Source: the human T2T-CHM13v2.0 reference genome, Homo sapiens
DNA: 64,000 bases
Assembly (NCBI RefSeq): GCF_009914755.1
Contig: NC_060948.1
Reading direction: 5' to 3' (one strand)
Program-made: the position numbers and the translations under genes
Notes under the pieces: generated by a model
The model's database searches: none
Told to the model about the DNA's origin: nothing
Seen by the model: the letters and a program-made list of their open reading frames with translations, nothing else
In this document: positions 26,729 through 40,230 of the stretch, piece after piece
Layout of the letters: every line of letters starts with the position of its first letter
Position numbering within the stretch: the stretch's first letter is position 1

Positions 26729-29700
26729 ATGGAGAAGAGACAAATGGAATGGAAACGAATTCAATGGAATTGCAAAGAATAGAATGGAATGGCCTGTAAT
26801 GGTAAGATACTAAATGGAATGGAATTGAATGGAATGTAGTGGAATGGACCCAAAGGTAATGCACTCGAATGGAATATACTCAAACAGAATGGAATTGAAA
26901 GGAAAGGTCTCAAATGGAATTTATTCAATACAATGTAATCGAATGGAATGCAATATAATGGAAAGGAATCGAATGTAATGGAATCAAACAGAATATACCA
27001 GAATGGAATAGACTGCCATAGAACGGACTGCAGTGTAATGGATTGAATACTAATTCATTCAAATGGAATGGAATTGAATGGAATGGAATCCAATGGAATG
27101 GATAGGATTGTACTGGAATGGAATAGCATGGAATGCAACGGAGTGGAATGGAGTTGAATGAAGTGGAATGGAATCGATTGGAATGGAATCAAATGGAATG
27201 GACAGGAATGGAATGGACTGGAAGAGAACAGACTCGAATATAATGGATTGCAATGTAATTGATTCAAATGGAATGGAATCGAATGGAATGTAATAAAATT
27301 GAAGGGATTGGAGTTCAATGCAATGGAATAGAATGGAATGCAAAGGAAAGGAAAGGCACGGAGTGAAATCGAGTGTAATGGAATCGAATGGAATGAAATC
27401 GAATGGAATGGACTCAAAAGAAATGGACGAGGGACAAAACGGAATCGAACTGACTGGAATGGAATGGAATGGAATGGAATGGAATGGTCTCCATTGGATG
27501 GGAGTAGAACGGATTGGAATGAAATGGAATGGAAAGGAATAGAATGGAATAGAAAGGAATGGAAGGTAACGGAAAGATATCGAACGGATTGGAAAGGAAT
27601 GGAATGGACGCTAATGGAATGGAATGGAATTCAACAGAAACGAATGGAATGGACTGGAGTGAAATGGAGTCGAATGTAATTGACTGGAGAGGAATGGACT
27701 CGAAAGGAATGGACTCGAATAGAATGGACTGGAATGGATTGTACTCGAATGGAGTGGAAAGGAATACAATGGATTCCACCAGATTGGAATGGAACAGAAT
27801 GTAATGGAATGGAAAGGAATGCAATGGAATGGCTCGAATGGAATGGAGTCGAATGCAATGGAAGAGAAAGGAAAGGAATTGGATGGCATTGAAAGTAATA
27901 GAATTAAATGGAGTGCAAAGTTAAGATATCGAATGGAATGGATCGAAAAGAAATAGAACGGAATGGACATGAATGGAATGGAATAGAATGGAATAGACTG
28001 GCGTGCAATGAAAACGAATGGAATGGAAACGAATGGAATGGAATGGAAAGGAATGGAGTAGAATAAATACTATGGAATGGAATGGAATGGAATGGAATGG
28101 AATGGAGGCGAAAGGAAAAGAATGGATTGGAAGGTCACCGAATGGAAAGATATGGAATGGAAAGGAATGGATACGAATGGAATGGAATAGAAAGGAACGG
28201 AAAGGTAAAGAATGGAATGGAATCGGACAGAATGGAATGCAATGTAATGGAGTCGAATGGAAAATAATCGAGTAGAATGATATCGAATGGAATGGAATTT
28301 AATGGAACGGAATGGAATGGAATGGACTCGAATGGCATGTACTCAAATGGATTAGAATAGAATGGAATGGAACTAAACGTAATGAACTCGAATGGAATGG
28401 ACACAAATAGAATGGAAGAGAAAGAAATGGTATTGAATGGAATTTATTCGAATAGAATGGAATTCAATGGAATGCAACAGTGTGGCATGGAATCAAATGG
28501 AATGGAATCGAATGGAATGGACCCGAGTAGAATGGACTCACATAGAACAGCCTCGAATGTAATGGATTACAATGTATTAGATTCGAAAGGACTGAAATCG
28601 AATGGAATGTAATCAAATAGAACGGAATTGAATGCATGGAATGGCATAGAAAGTAATGCAATGGAATGGAATAGACTGGAATGGAATGGAATCGGATGGA
28701 ATGTAATGAAATGTAATGGAAGGAATGCTATGGAATGGAATGGAATGGAATACAATGGGACGGTGTATAATGGAGTGCAATGGATTTCAGTGGAATGTAG
28801 TCAAAAGGAATGAAATAGAATGGAATTCAATATAATGGAATGGCATCCAATGGCAAGGAATGGAGCGGACTCCAATGGAAACGACATGAAAGGAATATAA
28901 TAAAATGGAATGGCATTGAACGAAATGGAATGCAATGGAGTTAAAAGGTAAAATATCGAATGGAAAAGAATTGAATGGACTCGAAAGGAATATAATGGAA
29001 TGGAATGGACTCGAATGGAATGTACTAGAGTTGAATGGAATCGAATGGAATGGAAAACAATGGAAAGGAAAGGAAGGGAATTGAAAGGAAAGGAATAGAA
29101 TGGAATGGAATCGGATGGAACGGAATTGAATGGAATGGAAACTAAAGGAATAGAATAGAAGGAATCGCATTGAATGGAATGGAATAGAATGGAATCAGAT
29201 GGAACAGAAAGGAATGGAATAGAATCGAATGGAATGGCATCGAATGGATTGGAATGGAATCTAATGGAATGGAATGGAAAGGAATGGAATGGACTCAAAT
29301 GGAATGTACTCAAATGGAATAGAATAGAATGGAATGGAAGTAAATATAATGGACTCGAGAGGAATGGATTGGAATAAATTGGAATTGAATGTATTGGATT
29401 TGAATGGAAAGGAATGGAATGGAATGGAATGGAATGGAAAGCAATGGAATGGATTCGAATGGAATGGAACGAATTGGATTGTAATTGAATGGAGTCGAAA
29501 ACAGTAGAAAGAAAAGAAATTTAATCGAATGATATCGAATGGAATTGAATGGAATGTACGCGAATGGAATGGACTGGAATGGAATGGAATGGAATGACAT
29601 GTAATGGAATCGAAAGGAATGGAATCGAATGAAATGGAATTGAATGGAATAGAATGGAATAGAATGGAATGGAGTTTAATGGAAAGATATTAAAAGTAAT

Positions 29701-30924
29701 GGAATGGAATTGAGTGGACACAAATGGAATGGACTGGAATGGAAAGGACTCGAATGAAATGGACCGCATTAGAATGGACTCGAATGGAACGGATTGGTGT
29801 GGAATGGTCTCGAATGGATTGGAAACGAATGGAATGGAAAAGAATAGAATGGAATGTAATCAAATGGAACGAAATGGAATGGAATGGATTCGACTGGAAC
29901 AGAATTGAATGGAGTGGAATTGAATGGAATGGAATGCAATCGAATGGAATGGACACGAATCGAATAGAATGAAATGAAATGGCATAGAATGGAATGGAAT
30001 GGAATGGAAAGGAATGGAATGGAATGGAATGGAATGGAATGGAATGGCATGGAATGGAATGGAATGGCATGGAATGAAATGGATTGGAATGGGATGGGCC
30101 CAAAAGTAATGGACTCAAATAAAAGGGACTCAAATAGAATGAATTGTAAAGAAACGGTCTCGAATGTAATTTATTCGAATAGAATGATATTGAATGGAAT
30201 GCAATAGTATGGAATTGTATCGAATAGAATGGAATGGAATGGAACTTAAAGGAGTGCATTTGAACGGACTCAAATGCAATAAATTGCAATATAATTGATT
30301 CAAATGGAATGGAATCGAATAGAATGTAAACAAATAGAATGGAAGGCAATGCAATAGAAAGGAATCGAATGAAATGGAATAAATGGGATGGAATCGAATG
30401 GAAAGGACGCGAATATAATGGACTGTTAAGGAAAGGTCTCGAATCGAATATATTCCAAAAGAATGGAATCAAATGGAATGCAATAGTATTGAATCAAATC
30501 GAATGGAATGCAATTGAATGGAATGGACAGGAATGGAATGAACTGGAAGTGAATGGACAAGAACATAATATATTGCAATGTAATTTATTCAAATGGAATG
30601 GAATGCAGTAGAATGGAATGGACGCGATTGCAATGGACTGGAGTGGAATGGACTGAAATGGAATTTAAACGAATATAATGGAATGGAACGGAAAGCAAAG
30701 GAATCTACCGGAATGGAATCGAACGGAACAGAAAGGAATGGAATGGAATGGAGTGGAATGGACTCGAATGGAATGTTTTCGAATGTAATGGACCGGAAAG
30801 GAATGGAATCCAATGGAATGGAATTGAATGGAATCAAAAGGAATAGAAAGGAATAGAGTGTAATTGAATGATATCGAATGGAAGGGAATGGAATGAAGTC
30901 GAATTGAATGCACTGGAATGGAAT
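26729..30924 (+). repeat. Divergent HSat3 block (~4.2 kb) without the 1,373-bp period, interrupting the array
   Basis: Still GGAAT-based and on the same strand, but the unit landmarks lose their 1,373-bp order after GGACTCGA at 26721-26728. They resume at GGACTCAATCAGAACGG (30925). ORF translations here are unique rather than repeated. Confidence 0.93.
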
Positions 30925-31988
30925 GGACTCAATCAGAACGGACTGGAGAGGAATGTACACAAATGGAATGGAAACGAATGGAATGGAATGCAATGGAATT
31001 GAAAGGAACGGTATCAAATGGAATGGAATGGAATGGAATGGAATGGAATGGATTGGAATAGAATGCATTCAAATAAAATAGAATCGATTGCAATGGTATT
31101 GAATGGAAGGGACTTGAATGGAATGGAAAGCAATGGAAGATATTGGAATCGAATGGCATCGAATGAAATGGAATGGAACGGAATGGAACGGACCCGAATG
31201 GAATGGAATGGACTCAAATGTAATGGACTCGAATGGAATCGAATGAAATATAATAGACTCGAAAGGAATGGCCTCGAGCGGAATTTATTTGAATAGAACG
31301 GAATCAAATGGAATACAATAGTATGGAATGGAATCGAATGGAATGGAATCGAATGGAATGTAATCAAATGGAATGGAAAGGAATTCAATATAATGGAGTA
31401 GAATGGAATGTATTGGAAAGGAGCAGAGTGGAATCGAGTGGATTGGAATCGAGTGGAATGGAATCAAAGGGAACGAAATCAAATTGAATGGACTTGAATG
31501 GAATTGACTCGAAAGGAATTGACTGGAAAGGAATGGACTGGAACAAAAAGGAATCAAATGGACAGGAATGGAATGGAATGGACTCGAATGGAATGGAGTC
31601 AAATGCAAACGCATCGAATGGAATGGATTCAAATGGAATGCAATTGAATGGAATAGAAAGGAAGAGAATGGAATTGAGAGTAATGGAAAGATATCGATTG
31701 GAATGAAATGGAATGGAAAGGAATTGAATGGAAAGGAATGGACTCGAAAGAAATGGATTGGAATGGAATGGTCTCCAATGGAATGGACTGGAGTGGAATG
31801 GAATCGAATGGAATGAAAAGAATGGAACGGAATGGAACGGAAAGGAATAGAATGTTATGGAATCCGATTGGACAGAATGGAATGGAATGGAGTTTCATGA
31901 AATGGAGTCGAATAGAGTGGCATCAAAAGAAATGGAATGGAATGGAGTGGACTCAAAAGGAATGAACTCGAAAGAATGGAGTCGAACC

Positions 31989-31999
31989 TAATTGAATCA
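31989..31999 (+). promoter_or_regulatory. Perfect DUX4-consensus match TAATTGAATCA; the other units carry AAATTGAATCA
   Basis: GTCGAACCTAATTGAATCAA at 31981-32000 fits TAAYBBAATCA. Motif match only. Confidence 0.25.
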
Positions 32000-32989
32000 A
32001 ATGGATTGGAGTCGAACAGAATGGAATGGAATGGAATGAACTCGACTGGAGTAGAGAGGAATGAAAAAGAATAGAATGGAATGTAATCAAATGGATTGCA
32101 AGTGAATGGAATCAAAAATAATAGAAAGGAATGGAGTGTAAAGGGATGATATTGAATTAAATGGAATGGAATGGAATTTAATGGAATGGAGTCGAAGGAA
32201 TGGACAGGAATGTAGTGTACTCCAATGGAATGGAATGGATCAAAATGGATTTGAACAGATTGGTATGAAGTCGAATGGAATGCACTGGAATGGAATGGAC
32301 TCAATCAGAACGGACTGGAGAGGAATGTAAACAATTGGAATGGAAACGAATGGAATGGAATGAAATGGAATGGAATGCAATGGAATTGAAAGGAACGGAA
32401 TCAAATGGAATCGAATGGAATGGAATGGAATGGAATGGATTGGAATAGAATGGATTCAAATAAAATAGAATCGATTGCAATGGTATACAATGGAAGGGAA
32501 ATGAATGGAATGGAAAGCAATGGAAGATATTGGAATCGAATGGCATCGAATGAAATGTAATGGAACGGAATGGAACGGACCCGAATGGAATGGAATGGAC
32601 TCAAATGTAATGGACTCGAATAGAATCGACTGAAATATAATAGACTCGAAAGGAATTGCCTCGAGCGGAATTTATTTGAATAGAACGGAATCAAATGGAA
32701 TACAATAGTATGGAATGGAATCGAATGGAATAGAATCGAATGGAATGTAATCAAATGGAATGGAACGGAATTCAATATAATGGAGTAGAATGGAATGCAT
32801 TGGAAAGGAGCAGAGTGGAATCGAGTGGAATGGAATCGAGTGGAATGGAATCAAAGGGAACGAAATCGAATTGAATGGACTTGAATGGAATTGAGTCGAA
32901 AGGAATTGACTCGAAAGGAATGGACTGGAACAGAAAGGAATCAAATGGACAGGAATGGAATGGAATGGACTCGAATGGAATGGAGTCAA

Positions 32990-35900
32990 ATGCAAACGCA
33001 TCCAATGGAATGGATTCAAATGGAATGCAATTGAATGGAATAGAAAGGAAGAGAATGGAATTGAGAGTAATGGAAAGATATCGATTGGAATGAAATGGAA
33101 TGGAAAGGAATTGAATGGAAAGGAAAGGACTCGAAAGAAATTGGTTGGAATGGAATGGTCTCCAATGGAATGGACTGGAGTGGAATGGAATCGAATGGAA
33201 TGAAAAGAATGGAACGGAATGGAACGGAAAGGAATAGAATGTTATGGAATCCGATTGGACAGAATGGAATGGAATGCAGTTTCATGAAATGCAGCCGAAT
33301 AGAGTGGCATCAAAAGGAATGGAATGAAATGGAGTGGACTCAAAAGGAATGGACTCGAAAGAATGGAGTCGAACCAAATTGAATCAAATGGATTGGAGTC
33401 GAACAGAATGGAATGGAATGGAATGAACTCGACTGGATTAGAGAGGAATGAAAAGGAATAGAATGGAATGTAATCAAATGGATTGGAAGTGAATGGAATC
33501 AAAAATAATAGAAAGGAATGGAGTGTAAAGGGATGATATTGAATTAAATGGAATGGAATGGAATTTAATGGAATGGAGTCAAAGGAATGGACAGGAATGT
33601 AATGGACTCCAATGGAATGGAATGGATCAAAATGGATTTGAACAGATTGGAGTCGAACGGAATGGAATGCCATGAAATGGAATGGACTCGATCAGAACGG
33701 ACTGGAGAGGAATGTAAACAAATGGAATGGAAACGAATGGAATGGAATGAAATGGAATGGAATGCAATGGAATTGAAAGGAACGGAATCAAATGGAATGG
33801 AATGGAATGGAATGGATTGGAATAGAATGGATTCAAATAAAATAGAATCGATTGCAATGGTATTGAATGGAAGGGACTTGAATGGAATGGAAAGCAATGG
33901 AAGAGATTGGAATCGAATGGCATCGAATGAAATGGAATGGAACGGAATGGAACGGACCCGAATAGAATGGAATGGACTCAAATGTAATGGACTCGAATGG
34001 AATCGACTGAAATATAATAGACTCGAAAGGAATGGTCTCGAGCGGAATTTATTTGAATAGAACGGAATCAAATGGAATACAATAGTATGGAATGGAATCG
34101 AATGGAATGGAATCGAATGGAATGTAATCAAATGGAATGGAACGGAATTCAATATAATGGAGTAGAATGGAATGCATTGGAAAGGAGCAGAGTGGAATCG
34201 AGTGGATTGGAATCGAGTGGAATGGAATCAAAGGGAACAAATCAAATTGAATGGACTTGAATGGAATTGAGTCAAAAGGAATTGACTCGAAAGGAATGGA
34301 CTGGAACAAAAAGGAATCAAATGGACAGGAATGGAATGGAATGGACTCGAATGGAATGGAGTCAAATGCAAACGCATCGAATGGAGTGGATTCAAATGGA
34401 ATGCAATTGAATGGAATAGAAAGGAAGAGAATGGAATTGAGAGTAATGGAAAGATATCGATTGGAATGAAATGGAATGGAAAGGAAATGAATGGAAAGGA
34501 AAGGACTCGAAAGAAATGGGTTGGAATGGAATGGTCTCCAATGGAATGGACTGGAGTGGAATGGAATCGAATGGAATGAAAAGAATGGAACGGAATGGAA
34601 CGGAAAGGAATAGAATGTTATGGAATCCGATTGGACAGAATGGAATGGAATGCAGTTTCATGAAATGGAGTCGAAGAGAGTGGCATCAAAAGGAATGGAA
34701 TGGAGTGGACTCAAAAGGAATGGACTCGAAAGGAATGGAGTCGAACAAAATTGAATCAAATGGATTGGAGTCGAACAGAATGGAATGGAATGGAATGAAC
34801 TCGACTGGAGTAGAGAGGAATGAAAAGGAATAGAATGGAATGTAATCAAATGGATTGGAAGTGAATGGAATCAAAAATAATAGAAAGGAATAGAGTGTAA
34901 AAGGATGATATTGAATTAAATGGAATGGAATGGAATTTAATGGAATGGAGTCGAAGGAATGGACAGGAATGTAATGGACTCCAATGGAATGGAATGGATC
35001 AAAATGGATTTGAACAGATTGGAATAGAACGGAATGGAATGCAATGAAATGGAATGGACTCGATCAGAACGGACTGGAGAGTAATGTACACAAATGGAAT
35101 GGAAACGAATGGAATGGAATGAAATGGAATGGAATGCAATGGAATTGAAAGGAACGGAATCAAATGGAATGGAATGGAATGGAATGGAATGGATTGGAAT
35201 AGAATGGATTCAAATAAAATAGAATCGATTGCAATGGTATTGAATGGAAGGGACTTGAATGGAATGGAAAGCAATGGAAGATATTGGAATTGAATGGCAT
35301 CGAATGAAATGGAATGGAACAGAATGGAACGGACCCGAATGGAATGGAATGGACTCAAATGTAATGGACTCGAATGGAATCGAATGAAATATAATAGACT
35401 CGAAAGGAATGGCCTCGAGCGGAATTTATTTGAATAGAATGGAATCAAATGGAATACAATAGTATGGAATGGAATCGAATGGAATGGAATCGAATGGAAT
35501 GTAATCAAATGGAATGGAACGGAATTCAATATAATGGAGTAGAATGGAATGCATTGGAAAGGAGCAGAGTGGAATCGAGTGGATTGGAATCGAGTGGAAT
35601 GGAATCAAAGGGAACGAAATCGAATTGAATGGACTTGAATGGAATTGAGTCGAAAGGAATTGACTCGAAAGGAATGGACTGGAACAAAAAGGAATCAAAT
35701 GGACAGGAATGGAATGGAATGGACTCGAATGGAATGGAGTCAAATGCAAACGCATCGAATGGAATGGATTCAAATGGAATGCAATTGAATGGAATAGAAA
35801 GGAAGAGAATGGAATTGAGAGTAATGGAAAGATATCGATTGGAATGAAATGGAATGGAAAGGAATTGAATGGAAAGGAATGGACTCGAAAGAAATGGGTT

Positions 35901-38900
35901 GGAATGGAATGGTCTCCAATGGAATGGACTGGAGTGGAATGGAATCGAATGGAATGAAAAGAATGGAACGGAATGGAACGGAAAGGAATAGAATGTTATG
36001 GAATCCGATTGGACAGAATGGAATGGAATGCAGTTTCATGAAATGGAGTCAAATAGAGTGGCATCAAAAGGAATGGAATGGAGTGGACTCAAGAGGAATG
36101 GACTCGAAAGGAATGGAGTCGAACCAAATTGAATCAAATGGATTGGAGTCGAACAGAATGGAATGGAATGGAATGAACTCGACTGGAGTAGAGAGGAATG
36201 AAAAGGAATAGAATGGAATGTAATCAAATGGATTGCAAGTGAATGGAATCAAAAATAATAGAAAGGAATGGAGTGTAAAGGGATGATATTGAATTAAATG
36301 GAATGGAATGGAATTTAATGGAATGGAGTCGAAGGAATGGACAGGAATGTAATGGACTCCAATGGAATGGAATGGATCAAAATGGATTTGAACAGATTGG
36401 AGTCGAACGGAATGGAATGCAATGAAATGGAATGGACTCGATCAGAATGGACTGGAGAGGAATGTAAACAAATGGAATGGAAACGAATGGAATGGAATGA
36501 AATGGAATGGAATGCAATGGAATTGAAAGGAACGGAATCAAATGGAATGGAATGGAATGGAATGGATTGGAATAGAATGGATTCAAATAAAATAGAATCG
36601 ATTGCAATGGTATTGAATGGAAGGGACTTGAATGGAATGGAAAGCAATGGAAGATATTGGAATCGAATGGCATCGAATGAAATGGAATGGAACGGAATGG
36701 AACGGACCCGAATAGAATGGAATGGACTCAAATGTAATGGACTCGAATGGAATCGACTGAAATATAATAGACTCGAAAGGAATGGTCTCGAGCGGAATTT
36801 ATTTGAATAGAACGGAATCAAATGGAATACAATAGTGTGGAATGGAATCGAATGGAATGGAATCGAATGGAATGTAATCAAATGGAATGGAACGGAATTC
36901 AATATAATGGAGTAGAATGGAATGCATTGGAAAGGAGCAGAGTGGAATCGAGTGGATTGGAATCGAGTGGAATGGAATCAAAGGGAACAAATCAAATTGA
37001 ATGGACTTGAATGGAATTGAGTCGAAAGGAATTGACTCGAAAGGAATGGACTGGAACAAAAAGGAATCAAATGGACAGGAATGGAATGGAATGGACTCGA
37101 ATGGAATGGAGTCAAATGCAAACGCATCCAATGGAATGGATTCAAATGGAATGCAATTGAATGGAATAGAAAGGAAGAGAATGGAATTGAGAGTAATGGA
37201 AAGATATCGATTGGAATGAAATGGAATGGAAAGGAATTGAATGGAAAGGAAAGGACTCGAAAGAAATTGGTTGGAATGGAATGGTCTCCAATGGAATGGA
37301 CTGGAGTGGAATGGAATCGAATGGAATGAAAAGAATGGAACGGAATGGAACGGAAAGGAATAGAATGTTATGGAATCCGATTGGACAGAATGGAATGGAA
37401 TGCAGTTTCATGAAATGCAGTCGAATAGAGTGGCATCAAAAGGAATGGAATGAAATGGAGTGGACTCAAAAGGAATGGACTCGAAAGAATGGAGTCGAAC
37501 CAAATTGAATCAAATGGATTGGAGTCGAACAGAATGGAATGGAATGGAATGAACTCGACTGGATTAGAGAGGAATGAAAAGGAATAGAATGGAATGTAAT
37601 CAAATGGATTGGAAGTGAATGGAATCAAAAATAATAGAAAGGAATGGAGTGTAAAGGGATGATATTGAATTAAATGGAATGGAATGGAATTTAATGGAAT
37701 GGAGTCAAAGGAATGGACAGGAATGTAATGGACTCCAATGTAATGGAATGGAACAAAATGGATTTGAACAGATTGGAGTCGAACGGAATGGAATGCAATG
37801 AAATGGAATGGACTCGATCAGAACGGACTGGAGAGGAATGTAAACAAATGGAATGGAAACGAATGGAATGGAATGAAATGGAATGGAATGCAATGGAATT
37901 GAAAGGAACGGAATCAAATGGAATGGAATGGAATGGAATGGATTGGAATAGAATGGATTCAAATAAAATAGAATCGATTGCAATGGTATTGAATGGAAGG
38001 GACTTGAATGGAATGGAAAGCAATGGAAGATATTGGAATCGAATGGCATCGAATGAAATGGAATGGAACGGAATGGAACGGACCCGAATAGAATGGAATG
38101 GACTCAAATGTAATGGACTCGAATGGAATCGACTGAAATATAATAGACTCGAAAGGAATGGTCTCGAGCGGAATTTATTTGAATAGAACGGAATCAAATG
38201 GAATACAATAGTATGGAATGGAATCGAATGGAATGGAATCGAATGGAATGTAATCAAATGGAATGGAACGGAATTCAATATAATGGAGTAGAATGGAATG
38301 CATTGGAAAGGAGCAGAGTGGAATCGAGTGGATTGGAATCGAGTGGAATGGAATCAAAGGGAACAAATCAAATTGAATGGACTTGAATGGAATTGAGTCA
38401 AAAGGAATTGACTCGAAAGGAATGGACTGGAACAAAAAGGAATCAAATGGACAGGAATGGAATGGAATGGACTCGAATGGAATGGAGTCAAATGCAAACG
38501 CATCCAATGGAATGGATTCAAATGGAATGCAATTGAATGGAATAGAAAGGAAGAGAATGGAATTGAGAGTAATGGAAAGATATCGATTGGAATGAAATGG
38601 AATGGAAAGGAAATGAATGGAAAGGAAAGGACTCGAAAGAAATGGGTTGGAATGGAATGGTCTCCAATGGAATGGACTGGAGTGGAATGGAATCGAATGG
38701 AATGAAAAGAATGGAACGGAATGGAACGGAAAGGAATAGAATGTTATGGAATCCGATTGGACAGAATGGAATGGAATGCAGTTTCATGAAATGGAGTCGA
38801 ATAGAGAGGCATCAAAAGGAATGGAATGGAGTGGACTCAAAAGGAATGGACTCGAAAGGAATGGAGTCGAACAAAATTGAATCAAATGGATTGGAGTCGA

Positions 38901-40230
38901 ACAGAATGGAATGGAATGGAATGAACTCGACTGGAGTAGAGAGGAATGAAAAGGAATAGAATGGAATGTAATCAAATGGATTGGAAGTGAATGGAATCAA
39001 AAATAATAGAAAGGAATAGAGTGTAAAAGGATGATATTGAATTAAATGGAATGGAATGGAATTTAATGGAATGGAGTCGAAGGAATGGACAGGAATGTAA
39101 TGGACTCCAATGGAATGGAATGGAACAAAATGGATTTGAACAGATTGGAATAGAACGGAATGGAATGCAATGAAATGGAATGGACTCGATCAGAATGGAC
39201 TGGAGAGTAATGTACACAAATGGAATGGAAACGAATGGAATGGAATGAAGTGGAATGGAATGCAATGGAATTGAAAGGAACGGAATCAAATGGAATGGAA
39301 TGGAATGGAATGGAATGGATTGGAATAGAATGGATTCAAATAAAATAGAATCGATTGCAATGGTATTGAATGGAAGGGACTTGAATGGAATGGAAAGCAA
39401 TGGAAGATATTGGAATTGAATGGCATCGAATGAAATGGAATGGAACAGAATGGAACGGACCCGAATGGAATGGAATGGACTCAAATGTAATGGACTCGAA
39501 TGGAATCGAATGAAATATAATAGACTCGAAAGGAATGGCCTCGAGCGGAATTTATTTGAATAGAATGGAATCAAATGGAATACAATAGTATGGAATGGAA
39601 TCGAATGGAATGGAATCGAATGGAATGTAATCAAATGGAATGGAACGGAATTCAATATAATGGAGTAGAATGGAATGCATTGGAAAGGAGCAGAGTGGAA
39701 TCGAGTGGATTGGAATCGAGTGGAATGGAATCAAAGGGAACGAAATCGAATTGAATGGACTTGAATGGAATTGAGTCGAAAGGAATTGACTCGAAAGGAA
39801 TGGACTGGAACAAAAAGGAATCAAATGGACAGGAATGGAATGGAATGGACTCGAATGGAATGGAGTCAAATGCAAACGCATCGAATGGAATGGATTCAAA
39901 TGGAATGCAATTGAATGGAATAGAAAGGAAGAGAATGGAATTGAGAGTAATGGAAAGATATCGATTGGAATGAAATGGAATGGAAAGGAATTGAATGGAA
40001 AGGAATGGACTCGAAAGAAATGGGTTGGAATGGAATGGTCTCCAATGGAATGGACTGGAGTGGAATGGAATCGAATGGAATGAAAAGAATGGAACGGAAT
40101 GGAACGGAAAGGAATAGAATGTTATGGAATCCGATTGGACAGAATGGAATGGAATGCAGTTTCATGAAATGGAGTCAAATAGAGTGGCATCAAAAGGAAT
40201 GAAATGGAGTGGACTCAAGAGGAATGGACT
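32990..40230 (+). repeat. 3-unit (4,126-bp period) duplication, ~33.0-36.1 kb vs ~37.1-40.2 kb
   Basis: Anchors offset by 4126 (33095/37221, 34471/38597, 35849/39975). Shared variants: CGCATCCAAT, GAAATTGGTTGG, GAAATGCAG, CTGGATTAGAG, GGATTGGAAGTG and TAGAGTGTAAAAGGATG. Confidence 0.85.

Noticed and set aside
29986-30075. Long near-perfect GGAAT run as an SCA31-like (TGGAA)n expansion or special hairpin element
   Set aside because: It is only ~18 pentamers with interruptions inside bulk satellite, which is expected in HSat3, and there is no host gene.
26729-30924. Interrupting block as a mobile element or gene insertion (includes a 260-aa ORF at 29690-30472)
   Set aside because: It is GGAAT satellite throughout, with no poly(A) tail, LTR/TIR, Alu or L1 sequence. 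The ORF is IPFHS low-complexity.
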